Shown in pieces: positions 1 to 8,311 of a DNA stretch of 15,570 bases. Made by a program: the position numbers and the translations under genes. Every line of letters starts with the position of its first letter. Position 1 is the stretch's first letter. The notes below the pieces were generated by a model. That model saw only the letters and a program-made list of their open reading frames with translations, was not told where the DNA came from and made no database searches. This DNA is from Fibrobacteria bacterium (GTDB lineage Bacteria > Fibrobacterota > Fibrobacteria > UBA11236), in contig JBGTHM010000042.1 in assembly GCA_041746255.1 (NCBI GenBank), positions 1 through 15,570 on the forward strand. The letters run 5' to 3'.

Positions 1-4
1 AAGA

Positions 5-31
5 GGGCCTTCTCCATATAGGAGAAGGCCC
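5..31 (-). terminator. Probable intrinsic terminator hairpin downstream of 55..990
   Basis: Perfect 11-bp inverted repeat GGGCCTTCTCC (5-15), ATATA loop, GGAGAAGGCCC (21-31), 23 nt past the stop. Any minus-strand U-tract is cut off by the window edge (only TCTT visible). Confidence 0.7.
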
Positions 32-54
32 CAATCAACGCCTGGATTCCGTTC

Positions 55-990
55 CTAGAACGACAGGAAGGACTGACTAATGGAGGTATTATCCAGCTTC
101 AGGACGCTGATATACATCCCGTTGGGAGCCGGGTTCCCCCCGAAGTCCGTTTTATCCCAGCTGAAGGAATTCGTTCCGGTGGAAAGTTGTTTGATTGCGT
201 TCCCCCGCAAGTCATAAATCACCATCACGGCGGCTTTTTCCACCGAAGCATCAAACTCCGTAACCTCGAACCGGATGGATTGGCTGCCTCGATGCGCTAC
301 AAGCTTGGGCGTGGACAAGTGCGATTGGGCGGGAGGGAGCATGGAAGTGGGATTATTTCCGTTGGACGACTCCGGCGTACCGTCCGCTTTGCCTTTCGCT
401 TCTCCCGCGGAGGTAGTGAAAAGAATGCGATCCACAACGGTATTTTGTGCGCGAGCGGAAATGAACAAGTCATAGGATTCACCGCTTTTGAATGTGTATT
501 TGTTATCCCATTTCTTGTGATCGTAATCCAAGCGTCCAAAAGACCAGGCGTAATGATCTCCTTCTCCGCCATAATGCTTTTGGTCCTGCTTCAAGGCGGC
601 GGTGGAAGCGCTTCCCCCCGTGGTGAAGTCACCCGCCACCCGCACGTAGACATCGTTGCTTTTATCCTCCTTATCATTGGTTTTTGCAAAATCCTTCCAG
701 ATTTTCAGGTATAAGGTGTAAACACCACCTGAGTTGATTTTGAAGGAGTATTTGAGGGGATTTTTGGCGGCGCCGGTACTGGGATTATTGCATTTCGCCT
801 GTCTCAGCGCCTTACCGCCCTCGGGGTTTTTTTCCGTTTCCACGGTCCAGCACTGGCTGTAATCCGACTTCGTATTCTCCATTTCCATCAGCACATAGCC
901 GCCCGCTTCTTGATAAACGTCGGCTACCAAGGGTGTTGCAATCATCCCGCAAACCACCATGGCTGCTATTGCGAATTTCGTAGGCATCAT
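55..990 (-). CDS. Secreted protein of unknown function (CBM-like/beta-sandwich domain) with C-terminal FlgD-Ig/T9SS-like domain; paralog 1
   Basis: 311 aa; signal peptide MMPTKFAIAAMVVCGMIATPLVA|D; C-terminal IYDLRGNAIKQL...FSWDKTD...PNGMY resembles FlgD-Ig/T9SS type A tails; about 80% identical (manual count) to 1249..2178 over the ~190-aa core; AAAGGGA upstream of the ATG. Confidence 0.9.
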   Translation of the reverse strand: MMPTKFAIAAMVVCGMIATPLVADVYQEAGGYVLMEMENTKSDYSQCWTVETEKNPEGGKALRQAKCNNPSTGAAKNPLKYSFKINSGGVYTLYLKIWKDFAKTNDKEDKSNDVYVRVAGDFTTGGSASTAALKQDQKHYGGEGDHYAWSFGRLDYDHKKWDNKYTFKSGESYDLFISARAQNTVVDRILFTTSAGEAKGKADGTPESSNGNNPTSMLPPAQSHLSTPKLVAHRGSQSIRFEVTEFDASVEKAAVMVIYDLRGNAIKQLSTGTNSFSWDKTDFGGNPAPNGMYISVLKLDNTSISQSFLSF

Positions 991-1166
991 ATATTCCCTT
1001 TCGGGTTTAGGGTTCCAGTATTGAATTTGAATTCATCGAATAAATCGCAGATGCGGCAGATGGGCAACCGATTTAAACTGAAATATACCGGAACTTTCCC
1101 ATGATGGCCTAGCAATTGCAGCAAGTATCGTTTCCATTAAGGAACAACAAAAGTTGCTGAATTCCC

Positions 1167-1204
1167 AAAAAAGAGTGAGGTTCCCGGTTAGGAACCCCAC
1201 TCTT
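1167..1204 (-). terminator. Intrinsic terminator of 1249..2178
   Basis: Minus strand reads AAGAGTGGGGTTCC-TAACCG-GGAACCTCACTCTT-TTTT: 14-bp stem with one G:U pair running into a T6 tract, about 45 nt after the stop. Confidence 0.85.
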
Positions 1205-1248
1205 GGAGTATTTACCCGTCCAATTTCTAGAGATTTCAAATAAACTAA

Positions 1249-2178
1249 TTAAAAGGCCGGGAAAGACTGGCGAACGGATGTGCCGTTCATTTGCATAACG
1301 CCAATGTATATTCCGTTGGGGACCTTGTTTCCGCTCGCATCCGTCTTATCCCAGCTTACTTCGTTTGATCCCAAGGGAAGTTTCTTTACCCGATTTCCCT
1401 GCAAATTAAATATTTCCAGAGCGGCTGTATTATCGCCGGAGGCATCCAGATGCAGCATTTCAAACCGGATATGTTGGCTGCCGGGGTGCGCTATGTAACC
1501 TGGGTTTTGCAGGTGCGATTGGGTGCGAGTAAGTACCGGGGTGGAACCTCCTGCGGTGGACGACTCTGCCGTACCTTTTGCTTTGCCTTTGGATTCGCCC
1601 GCCGAGTTGGTAAAAAGAATGCGATCCACCACGGCACCTTGGGCACGAGCGGAAATGAACAGGTCATATTGTTCTCCGCTTTTAAAGGTGTATTTGTTAT
1701 CCCATTTCTTGTGATCAAAATCCAAACGTCCACCTGTCCATTCATATGCATTGCTGGCCCCGCCATAATGTTTTTGGTCTGCCTTCAAGGCTTCGGTTGA
1801 AGCGTCTCCCCCCGTGGTGAAATCGCCCGCGACACGCACATAGACGTCGTTACTTTTGTCGGGTGGATTTTTCCCGTGATCCTTCCAAATCTTAAGGTAT
1901 AGAGTGTAAACGCCGCCTGAATTGATTTTAAAGGAATATTTAAGGGGATTTTTGGGGTCTCCCGTATTGAAATTATTGCATTTCGCCTGTCTTAGCGCCT
2001 TACCGCCCTCGGGGTTTTTGGCGGTTTCCACGGTCCAGCATTCGCTGTGGTCGGTTTTCGTATTTTCCATTTCCATCAGCACATAGCCGTTGGCTTCTTG
2101 GTAAACGTCGGCGGTCAAGTTGGTCATTCCAACCGTGCAGAACATGGAAATCATGGCAAGGTTATTTATGGGTTTCAT
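1249..2178 (-). CDS. Secreted protein of unknown function with C-terminal FlgD-Ig/T9SS-like domain; paralog 2
   Basis: 309 aa; signal peptide ...GMTNLTA|D; same core as 55..990; tail IFNLQGNRVKKL...VSWDKTD...PNGIY; RBS GAGGA upstream of the ATG. Confidence 0.9.
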   Translation of the reverse strand: MKPINNLAMISMFCTVGMTNLTADVYQEANGYVLMEMENTKTDHSECWTVETAKNPEGGKALRQAKCNNFNTGDPKNPLKYSFKINSGGVYTLYLKIWKDHGKNPPDKSNDVYVRVAGDFTTGGDASTEALKADQKHYGGASNAYEWTGGRLDFDHKKWDNKYTFKSGEQYDLFISARAQGAVVDRILFTNSAGESKGKAKGTAESSTAGGSTPVLTRTQSHLQNPGYIAHPGSQHIRFEMLHLDASGDNTAALEIFNLQGNRVKKLPLGSNEVSWDKTDASGNKVPNGIYIGVMQMNGTSVRQSFPAF

Positions 2179-2460
2179 ATTTCCTCAATCAATTTTGGGG
2201 TTCCAGGCACAGTTTTAATTTCTGTCTCCAAAAGGCCACGGAAAGGCCATGGAATTTTTACCTTTCAACTGTCCAAATAATAAGGCATTCCTGCGTTTCG
2301 GCCCGGTAGTCACACCATCTTCCGTTCCCAAAGGTGAACAGGAATCACCACTGATCCTGTCAAAGCGGTCCAAATGAATGAAACTTCAAGGGTTTAACCC
2401 GAATGACCAGAGCGCGCCAGGCGGGCCGACGAAACCGGTATTACTCAGTCACCGGCTTTT

Positions 2461-2469
2461 TGGTATGAT
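2461..2469 (+). promoter_or_regulatory. Candidate extended -10 promoter (TGnTATGAT) of the AraC gene
   Basis: TGGTATGAT at 2461-2469, 6 nt before ATG 2476; no Shine-Dalgarno precedes that ATG. Confidence 0.45.
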
Positions 2470-2475
2470 ATCGGC

Positions 2476-3219
2476 ATGGGTCCAGGGGAAATAATCGTTG
2501 GCGGGCAGGCCCTGATGCGGCATCTGCCTGACATAGGCTACTTCGCCAAGGATCGCCGGGGAATATTCATCGCGGCAAATGCCGGCTTCCTGGACATGAG
2601 CGGTTGCAAGACCGAGGAACAGCTCCTCGGCAAAACGGATTTCCATATCTGGCCGGCCTACCTGGCGGAGCAATACGTCAAGGACGACGCTCGCGTCATC
2701 GCCTCCGCCGCGCCGCTTATCAACAAGATTGAACTCGTGATTGGCAGCGATCGCGCCGCTGACTGGTTCGCGACCACTAAGGTTCCCCTCATGGGGCCCG
2801 GCGGGGCCGTCGTCGGGATCGAGGGCACTTGCCGATACCTGAAGAGGGCCAAAACTCCCATCGACGAGTCCATGAAGATGCCGTCCGTCATCGCCTATAT
2901 CATGGAAAATTATTCTCGGAAGATAGATATTCCCGCCCTGGCGGCCATCGCGTGCCTTTCCGTCAAGCAGTTCGAACGCAAGTTCAAGAAGGAGTACGGC
3001 GCGGTGCCGATCCAATACCTGCAGCGCATCCGGCTGGACGCCGCGCGGCAGCTACTGGTGGTCACCCGGTTGCCGATCTCACGGATAAGCGCCGAGACGG
3101 GGTTCTACGATGGTAGCCACTTCACCAACCAGTTCACGAAATATACCGGTCTGTCCCCCAAGGCTTACCGGGAAAAGCATCAGGCGGAACAGACGCTTCA
3201 GGATATAGGGGCTGGGTAG
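2476..3219 (+). CDS. AraC-family transcriptional regulator with N-terminal PAS (PAS_4-like) domain
   Basis: PAS motifs YFAKDRRGIFIAAN...LLGKTDF...YVKDDARVI...TTKVPL...VVGIEG; AraC double HTH LAAIACLSVKQFERKFK...P.QYL..IRL..A..LL...ISRIS.ETGFYDGSHFTNQF..YTGLSPKAYR. Confidence 0.95.
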   Translation: MGPGEIIVGGQALMRHLPDIGYFAKDRRGIFIAANAGFLDMSGCKTEEQLLGKTDFHIWPAYLAEQYVKDDARVIASAAPLINKIELVIGSDRAADWFATTKVPLMGPGGAVVGIEGTCRYLKRAKTPIDESMKMPSVIAYIMENYSRKIDIPALAAIACLSVKQFERKFKKEYGAVPIQYLQRIRLDAARQLLVVTRLPISRISAETGFYDGSHFTNQFTKYTGLSPKAYREKHQAEQTLQDIGAG

Positions 3220-3225
3220 CGGGCG

Positions 3226-5748
3226 CTACAACGACTTCAGGAACTTGAGGAGGGCTGTGGTTTCTCCGGCCGACATCGCTTTGAACCGTTTCATCGCGGG
3301 TTCCGCCTCCCCGCCATGCCAAAGGATGGCTTCGGTCAAAGTCCGGGCCCGACCATCGTGGAGATAGGCCTCGCCCCCGCTCACGCCGGCGGTCAACCCG
3401 ATATTCCAAAGCGGGGCTGTGCGCCATTCCGATCCAGACGCTCCGCCTTCCGGCAGGTTGTCGGCCAGGCCGGGACCCATATCGTGAAGCAGCAGGTCGG
3501 TATAGGGGTGAATGGTCTGATTGCGAAGCTCCGCCTTGGGATGGTAGGGGCTGGTGGTAAGGGTGGGGATATGACAGGCGGCGCAGCCGGCGCTCGTGAA
3601 AAGTGTCTTGCCCTGTTCAACCACCGGGTCTTTCGCGTTCCGCTGGGCCCGCACTCCAAGGAGGGCGATATAGTCGATAAGGTTCTGCAAGTTGGCGTCG
3701 CTGATCTCGCTGCCGGTGGGGCCGCAATCGGTCTGTTCAGAACCGCAATCCGGGGTGGGAAAAATAGAATTCATCACCCCGATATCGGTATTCAGGGCTG
3801 CGGCCACCTGGTGGGCTACGCTGGGCTTGCCGGCCTTCCAACCGAAGCGACCCAGGCGCGGCTGGCCCGTCACGGCGTCCATGACGATATTCATCCGTCC
3901 GGAAATACCGTCCTTGTCGGCGTCATCGGGATCCGCCAGGGCCTGGATGGTGGCCTCGGAAACCGCTTCGAGTAGGCCCATACCCACGAGCTGGGGCGCG
4001 ATGCGGGCGGAATAGTGGATCGGGATGGCGGCCCCGGCGAAGGCGAAGTTGGGTTTGCGCAGTCCGTTGGTTTCCGTCCAGCCGTCTAAGGTGACCGACC
4101 CTTCTGCGGATCCGCCGATGCGCAACGGCTGCAGCATCGAGCCCAGCTTTGGAAGCGGCTGGCCGTCGGCGGTGCCAACCCTGACCACGTATTGCCTTAG
4201 GGCGTCGCCGACCACGGGCGGCAAAGCGCGGCCGTTCTTATGGTGGCAAGAGGTGCAGGAGATATTCATGTAATTGGGACCCGCCTTGCCGGAGTGCTCG
4301 CTCCAGACGGGGTTGCCGGGTTCGTCATGCGATCCGTCGACAAAGCTGGTATGGTGCACCCGTCGGCCATGGACGAAGACCTGGCCGTTTTGGGGTGCGA
4401 GGTTGGTGGCCATCTGCAGGAACATATCGTCAGGCTCGTCGGTATACTGCTGATGGATGGTGGTGCGGCCGCCCAGCCAGGCTTCTTCGGGGATGGGATA
4501 GGAATCCTCCCGCTCGGTGGAGGCGTCCCCGAAAACACCGCGGGCCTCCCAGGGTACCAGCCCTCCCTTGCCCACCCTATACAGGTAGGTGGTCCCGTAA
4601 TAGTTGTCACGGCCTACTAGAGTATCCCCCTTGAGTCCCCTCTTGTCCAGGAACTGACTGACCTCGATCTCCATCCGATCGCCGACTTGGATGGCCCGCC
4701 CCGTCTTGGGATTATGGGAGAACTCGGTGAAGTAATGCAACGGGTCTGCCGGGTTGACCTGCATGTTAACATTATGGTGGTACTCGGCCACGGTTCCAAT
4801 GCCGCGGTAGAAGGCGCGGAACTCCCGGGCCTTCTCGTCCAGCGGCCACAGGGTCCATTGGTCGATGCGGATCTTCTTGCCGCCCTTGGCTACCTCGTCG
4901 GTGATCTGGATTATCGCGGTACGGTTTTCCCAATAGAATGTGAGATAGTGATCATAAGCCTTAAACTCATCCTCGCGGGCATGCCTGTCGCGCGCGCGAT
5001 CGGAGAACCGGGTGATGACGGCGGTGGGCGTCTCCACAATGGTTTCCGGCTCTAGCTGGGTGGTGCCGTCGAATAGAGGCACTAGGGTGAGCTTGCTGAA
5101 ATCGATGGTGACCGTCGCTCCTTGCGCGACCCGGTAGACCTGGGTAGGGAGTCCCGGTTTGCTGCAGACAATGGATACGTCCGTGACTCCGGACGCGCCG
5201 ACTTTGGCGATATGCTTCGAAGGGTTTTTCTCATGGGCTACGCCTTCGAAGAAGACGCCGTCTCCCACGTTGGCGAACCGGCTGCGGATGGAAATACCCT
5301 GGCCGACCACGCTGACGAAATGGACGCCCTTATGTTCCCGGGAGAACTCGACGCGGTCCCCCAGGGTAATCGGGTTCTGCATCACTTTCCGGCCCAGGAT
5401 ATCCGTCGCTGTAAGGGTGGCCCTTTCCCCAGGAGCAAGGGGGATTTGGGAAAAACGCAGGGCTTCGACCTTTGGGCTCGGTGAATTAATGCCCGAGCCA
5501 GGGTTGCCTAGAACCAGGATGCCGGCCGCATCCGAAACGCCGGGCACTCCACCCATCTGGCCGCAGCTCACACCCTGGATGGGATTGCTCTGGGCATCCT
5601 GAATTCTGATAGTGATGTCGGACCAGCCCGGTTCAATGGCAATGGCGGCGAAGAAGCATACGGCGGATAGGATTTTCGTTGAGTGCCCCCGTGAATTGCG
5701 GTACAGGCGCACCCATGCCCGCGAAGGCTGGATGCCTCCCATTCTCAT
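3226..5748 (-). CDS. Secreted di-haem oxidoreductase family protein (DHOR/DUF1111, putative peroxidase) with a long N-terminal extension
   Basis: Two c-type haem motifs, CTSCH (4243-4257) and CAACH (3571-3585); family motifs RIAPQLVGMGLLEA, DPDDADKDGISGR, GRFGWKA, YTDLLLHDMG, WRTAPLWNIG, YLHDGRARTL.EAILWHGGEA. The true start may be ATG 5742, which has better spacing from GGAGG. Confidence 0.92.
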   Translation of the reverse strand: MRMGGIQPSRAWVRLYRNSRGHSTKILSAVCFFAAIAIEPGWSDITIRIQDAQSNPIQGVSCGQMGGVPGVSDAAGILVLGNPGSGINSPSPKVEALRFSQIPLAPGERATLTATDILGRKVMQNPITLGDRVEFSREHKGVHFVSVVGQGISIRSRFANVGDGVFFEGVAHEKNPSKHIAKVGASGVTDVSIVCSKPGLPTQVYRVAQGATVTIDFSKLTLVPLFDGTTQLEPETIVETPTAVITRFSDRARDRHAREDEFKAYDHYLTFYWENRTAIIQITDEVAKGGKKIRIDQWTLWPLDEKAREFRAFYRGIGTVAEYHHNVNMQVNPADPLHYFTEFSHNPKTGRAIQVGDRMEIEVSQFLDKRGLKGDTLVGRDNYYGTTYLYRVGKGGLVPWEARGVFGDASTEREDSYPIPEEAWLGGRTTIHQQYTDEPDDMFLQMATNLAPQNGQVFVHGRRVHHTSFVDGSHDEPGNPVWSEHSGKAGPNYMNISCTSCHHKNGRALPPVVGDALRQYVVRVGTADGQPLPKLGSMLQPLRIGGSAEGSVTLDGWTETNGLRKPNFAFAGAAIPIHYSARIAPQLVGMGLLEAVSEATIQALADPDDADKDGISGRMNIVMDAVTGQPRLGRFGWKAGKPSVAHQVAAALNTDIGVMNSIFPTPDCGSEQTDCGPTGSEISDANLQNLIDYIALLGVRAQRNAKDPVVEQGKTLFTSAGCAACHIPTLTTSPYHPKAELRNQTIHPYTDLLLHDMGPGLADNLPEGGASGSEWRTAPLWNIGLTAGVSGGEAYLHDGRARTLTEAILWHGGEAEPAMKRFKAMSAGETTALLKFLKSL

Positions 5749-5876
5749 CCCTCCAAACTCTGGACCGAAAGGTGACTCACAAATTCAAACCTTCCCAAGG
5801 GTGGCAGGTGCAATACGCCAACTCGACAAGTGATGGGATTCGACAATTTTTAAACCGGTTCCAGCCTCGCTCGATT

Positions 5877-7211
5877 TCATGGAAAAGTGGGTGCCGGAGT
5901 ACGGGTACTAATAATTGCGGTGCCTGTTAGGATTGAAAATGGCGGTTTTTCCTTACCCTGAAATATTCCCAACGATTTTCCCGTCAAGGTATAGAAATCC
6001 CGCGAGACGAAGTCACTTAAATGAATTAAACGCGGCTCTTGATTAATGATGTTCAAGGGTGGACGTATAGCGCCAATTGGTCGTTCTGCAAACATAAGTG
6101 TCTCATATTTGAATACCCACAATGCAGGTCCGGAAGGTCGTTGTGCTAAAATCATCTGTCGGGTATACGGAAGTGGAATCCCAAGGCGTTGGTTGAGATG
6201 ATTATAGGCGATTTCCCAGGCTTTTTGGCCACCTCCCCTCGGGGGAGAGATTCCCACGGCATCCGATTCCCTGTTTCTTACCCTTCCGCCGCAGATGTTT
6301 TGAGGTACGGCCTTTGAACCGGTCATCCAGCCCGCATGGAGTTCCATAAAATCGGTTAATCGTTTGATGTTTGGTTTAAACAGATCCACTCCTTGCTTCC
6401 AGGCAGTCTCAGCCGCGTACATCATTGAGCCAAAACCCAAATTGAGATGTCCAAGATCGCGGCAGGTTTCATGCGTAGTACCATCTATCTTCCCTTTTCC
6501 ATCGGAGGCCTGCCAGATATAGATCGGGAGATATTCATTCCACCGGGCAATGGCGGCATTCAGCTCAGCCTTGTCATCTTTGAACACGGCAATTGCCATG
6601 GTTGCTTCTATACGGGATTGCATCCAATTGTTTATGCGGGTATCCGGGGCTTTTACATAAGGCAAAAATTTATCAAGCATTTCCGTGAACTTTTTGAGAT
6701 CAGCCTCTCTCCACCCGGAGTTGGGATAAGCACGGAGAAGCTCGCCCGCATTCGCCCAATAGGGTGCTGACCAGCCCACTATGAGTCTTGCATTTCGATC
6801 GGTGTTTTGTTGATAGGTGCTTGCCCATGCGTCCATAATCGAAATGGCTTTATCCGCATGCCGAATGTCGTCCGTCAAAACAAAAAGGAGTGCCTGGGTG
6901 TAAGCTGCCAGCCCATCATTCCTCATTTGATTGCACCCATTATTCGGCTGGTTGTAATATCCGCAATCAACAGACCTAAAGGGTGTTGCTCTATAGCTCA
7001 GGGACGCGGATTGGTCGGATTTCAACCTATCAAAGGCCGTTTTCCATGGCTGCTTACCAGCCGCAATTTGGGCTTTCACAAATGCTATTTCATCTCCGCT
7101 GTGCAGTATGCCGGGATGCCATAGGTTTTGGGCCGTTGATTGGGCGCTCAGGTTTAAAATAAGGAAAACAAAAACGGGAAAAATATTACTGTACATTAAA
7201 GCTTTCCGCAT
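5877..7211 (-). CDS. Secreted alginate-lyase-domain (PF05426-like, alpha/alpha toroid) protein, 444 aa
   Basis: Start reassigned from 7568 to ATG 7211 (AAAGGAGAATTT-ATG, then signal peptide ...AQSTA|Q). Motifs HPGILHS, A.AY.QAL, A..IMDAW, NNW and HETCRDLGH are typical of this family. Confidence 0.85.
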   Translation of the reverse strand: MRKALMYSNIFPVFVFLILNLSAQSTAQNLWHPGILHSGDEIAFVKAQIAAGKQPWKTAFDRLKSDQSASLSYRATPFRSVDCGYYNQPNNGCNQMRNDGLAAYTQALLFVLTDDIRHADKAISIMDAWASTYQQNTDRNARLIVGWSAPYWANAGELLRAYPNSGWREADLKKFTEMLDKFLPYVKAPDTRINNWMQSRIEATMAIAVFKDDKAELNAAIARWNEYLPIYIWQASDGKGKIDGTTHETCRDLGHLNLGFGSMMYAAETAWKQGVDLFKPNIKRLTDFMELHAGWMTGSKAVPQNICGGRVRNRESDAVGISPPRGGGQKAWEIAYNHLNQRLGIPLPYTRQMILAQRPSGPALWVFKYETLMFAERPIGAIRPPLNIINQEPRLIHLSDFVSRDFYTLTGKSLGIFQGKEKPPFSILTGTAIISTRTPAPTFP

Positions 7212-7302
7212 AAATTCTCCTTTTTGATATTGAATTACCGGTACTATTCTCAGCCGCGCTCCCCCGCAGCAATCGGATTTTGCACCGAAATGGAATCTTC
7301 TC

Positions 7303-8220
7303 TCACATCTTGTCCATGCCCAGTACTCCAAGAGCCTGGACGAGGGACTGGCATGCGTCGCGGGTGGGGATGAATTCAAGCCCCACATAGCCGCGGTACC
7401 CGGCCACATCCAAGGCCCTGATGACAGGAGAAAAATTGATTTCCTGGTCCGCGTCGAGCTCGCACCGGCCCGGCGCGCCGGCCACCTGCACGTGGCCGAT
7501 GGCCTCTCCGCCGATTTGGCCGATGCGGCGGATGAGATCTCCGTCCATGATCTGCACATGATAAACATCGAAGAGCAGCTTGAAGGCGGGTGAACCCACC
7601 CTGTTCATAACTTCGAGGCAATCGTCGATGTGGGCGCCCTGATAGCCGGGATGACCTTTCATGACCCCCGCATCCCGCGTATTGAGGGATTCCAGGCAGA
7701 TGGTGATCTTCTTGCTTTCGGCGTAGCCGATAATCTTCTTATACCCTTCGACACAATTCCGGATGCCTTCGTCCAGATCGACAATACTGCCGCCTTCGAC
7801 TGGATTACCGAACTCGTCCCGGGTGGTGTCGGCGAATCCGAAAAAGGTGATCACATTGGCGAAGCCCGCTTCGGCATTGGCGTCGATGGACCGACGCAGC
7901 TGCTCCAGGCATTCGTCCCAATGCAGGGGATTGTTCATGCCGCGGACATAACCATGGGAGGTGGTCAGGGCGTTTATCAGCCCGGACTGCTTCATCAGGC
8001 GGAACTCCTCGGGCTGGATTACTTCCAGGGCGGGGACACCCAGTTGCTTCGCGACCCGGCAAATCTTTTCTAAGGACCACTTCTCGGCACCGGCATCCCG
8101 CAGGCACCATGGCGTGAGCGCTGGCAGAATATGCTCCGGAGCCCGGTAAGGCTCCTTGGGATCGGGCCGATGCCGGGATTGGAATTGGGTTTCGAATCGG
8201 GGTTGGGTGGAATCGATCAT
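7303..8220 (-). CDS. Hydroxypyruvate isomerase-like / xylose isomerase-like TIM-barrel protein, 305 aa
   Basis: Start reassigned to ATG 8220 (AGGAGA RBS; avoids overlap with the upstream gene). Motifs CLESLN, KGHPGY, KLLFDVYHVQIMDGDLIR, GHVQVAG.PGR.E, QEINF, GYVGLEFIP. No signal peptide. Confidence 0.9.
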   Translation of the reverse strand: MIDSTQPRFETQFQSRHRPDPKEPYRAPEHILPALTPWCLRDAGAEKWSLEKICRVAKQLGVPALEVIQPEEFRLMKQSGLINALTTSHGYVRGMNNPLHWDECLEQLRRSIDANAEAGFANVITFFGFADTTRDEFGNPVEGGSIVDLDEGIRNCVEGYKKIIGYAESKKITICLESLNTRDAGVMKGHPGYQGAHIDDCLEVMNRVGSPAFKLLFDVYHVQIMDGDLIRRIGQIGGEAIGHVQVAGAPGRCELDADQEINFSPVIRALDVAGYRGYVGLEFIPTRDACQSLVQALGVLGMDKM

Positions 8221-8311
8221 GTCTCGTCTCCTACATTCACGAACCGGGCCGTGCATGTATATCGTTTCTGATTCGTTATATGCATTAAACACATATTGTA
8301 CCCTATGGATA

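Noticed and set aside
1105..1120. Sigma54-like TGGCCT-N5-TTGCA on the + strand
   Set aside because: It faces no gene. The minus-strand look-alike TGGAAACGATACTTGC has GG-N11-GC spacing, one base too long.
187..1800. Conserved antisense or alternative-frame ORF pairs (187..714 / 1450..1800; 297..572 / 1491..1766)
   Set aside because: Their similarity follows from the duplication of the real minus-strand genes; they are shadow ORFs.
55..2178. Diversity-generating retroelement template/variable repeat pair
   Set aside because: Both copies are complete genes, the differences include an indel and are not adenine-specific, and no reverse transcriptase is in the window.
7212..7568. Long N-terminal extension of the alginate-lyase ORF given in the track
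   Set aside because: It overlaps the TIM-barrel gene; the RBS and signal peptide point to ATG 7211.
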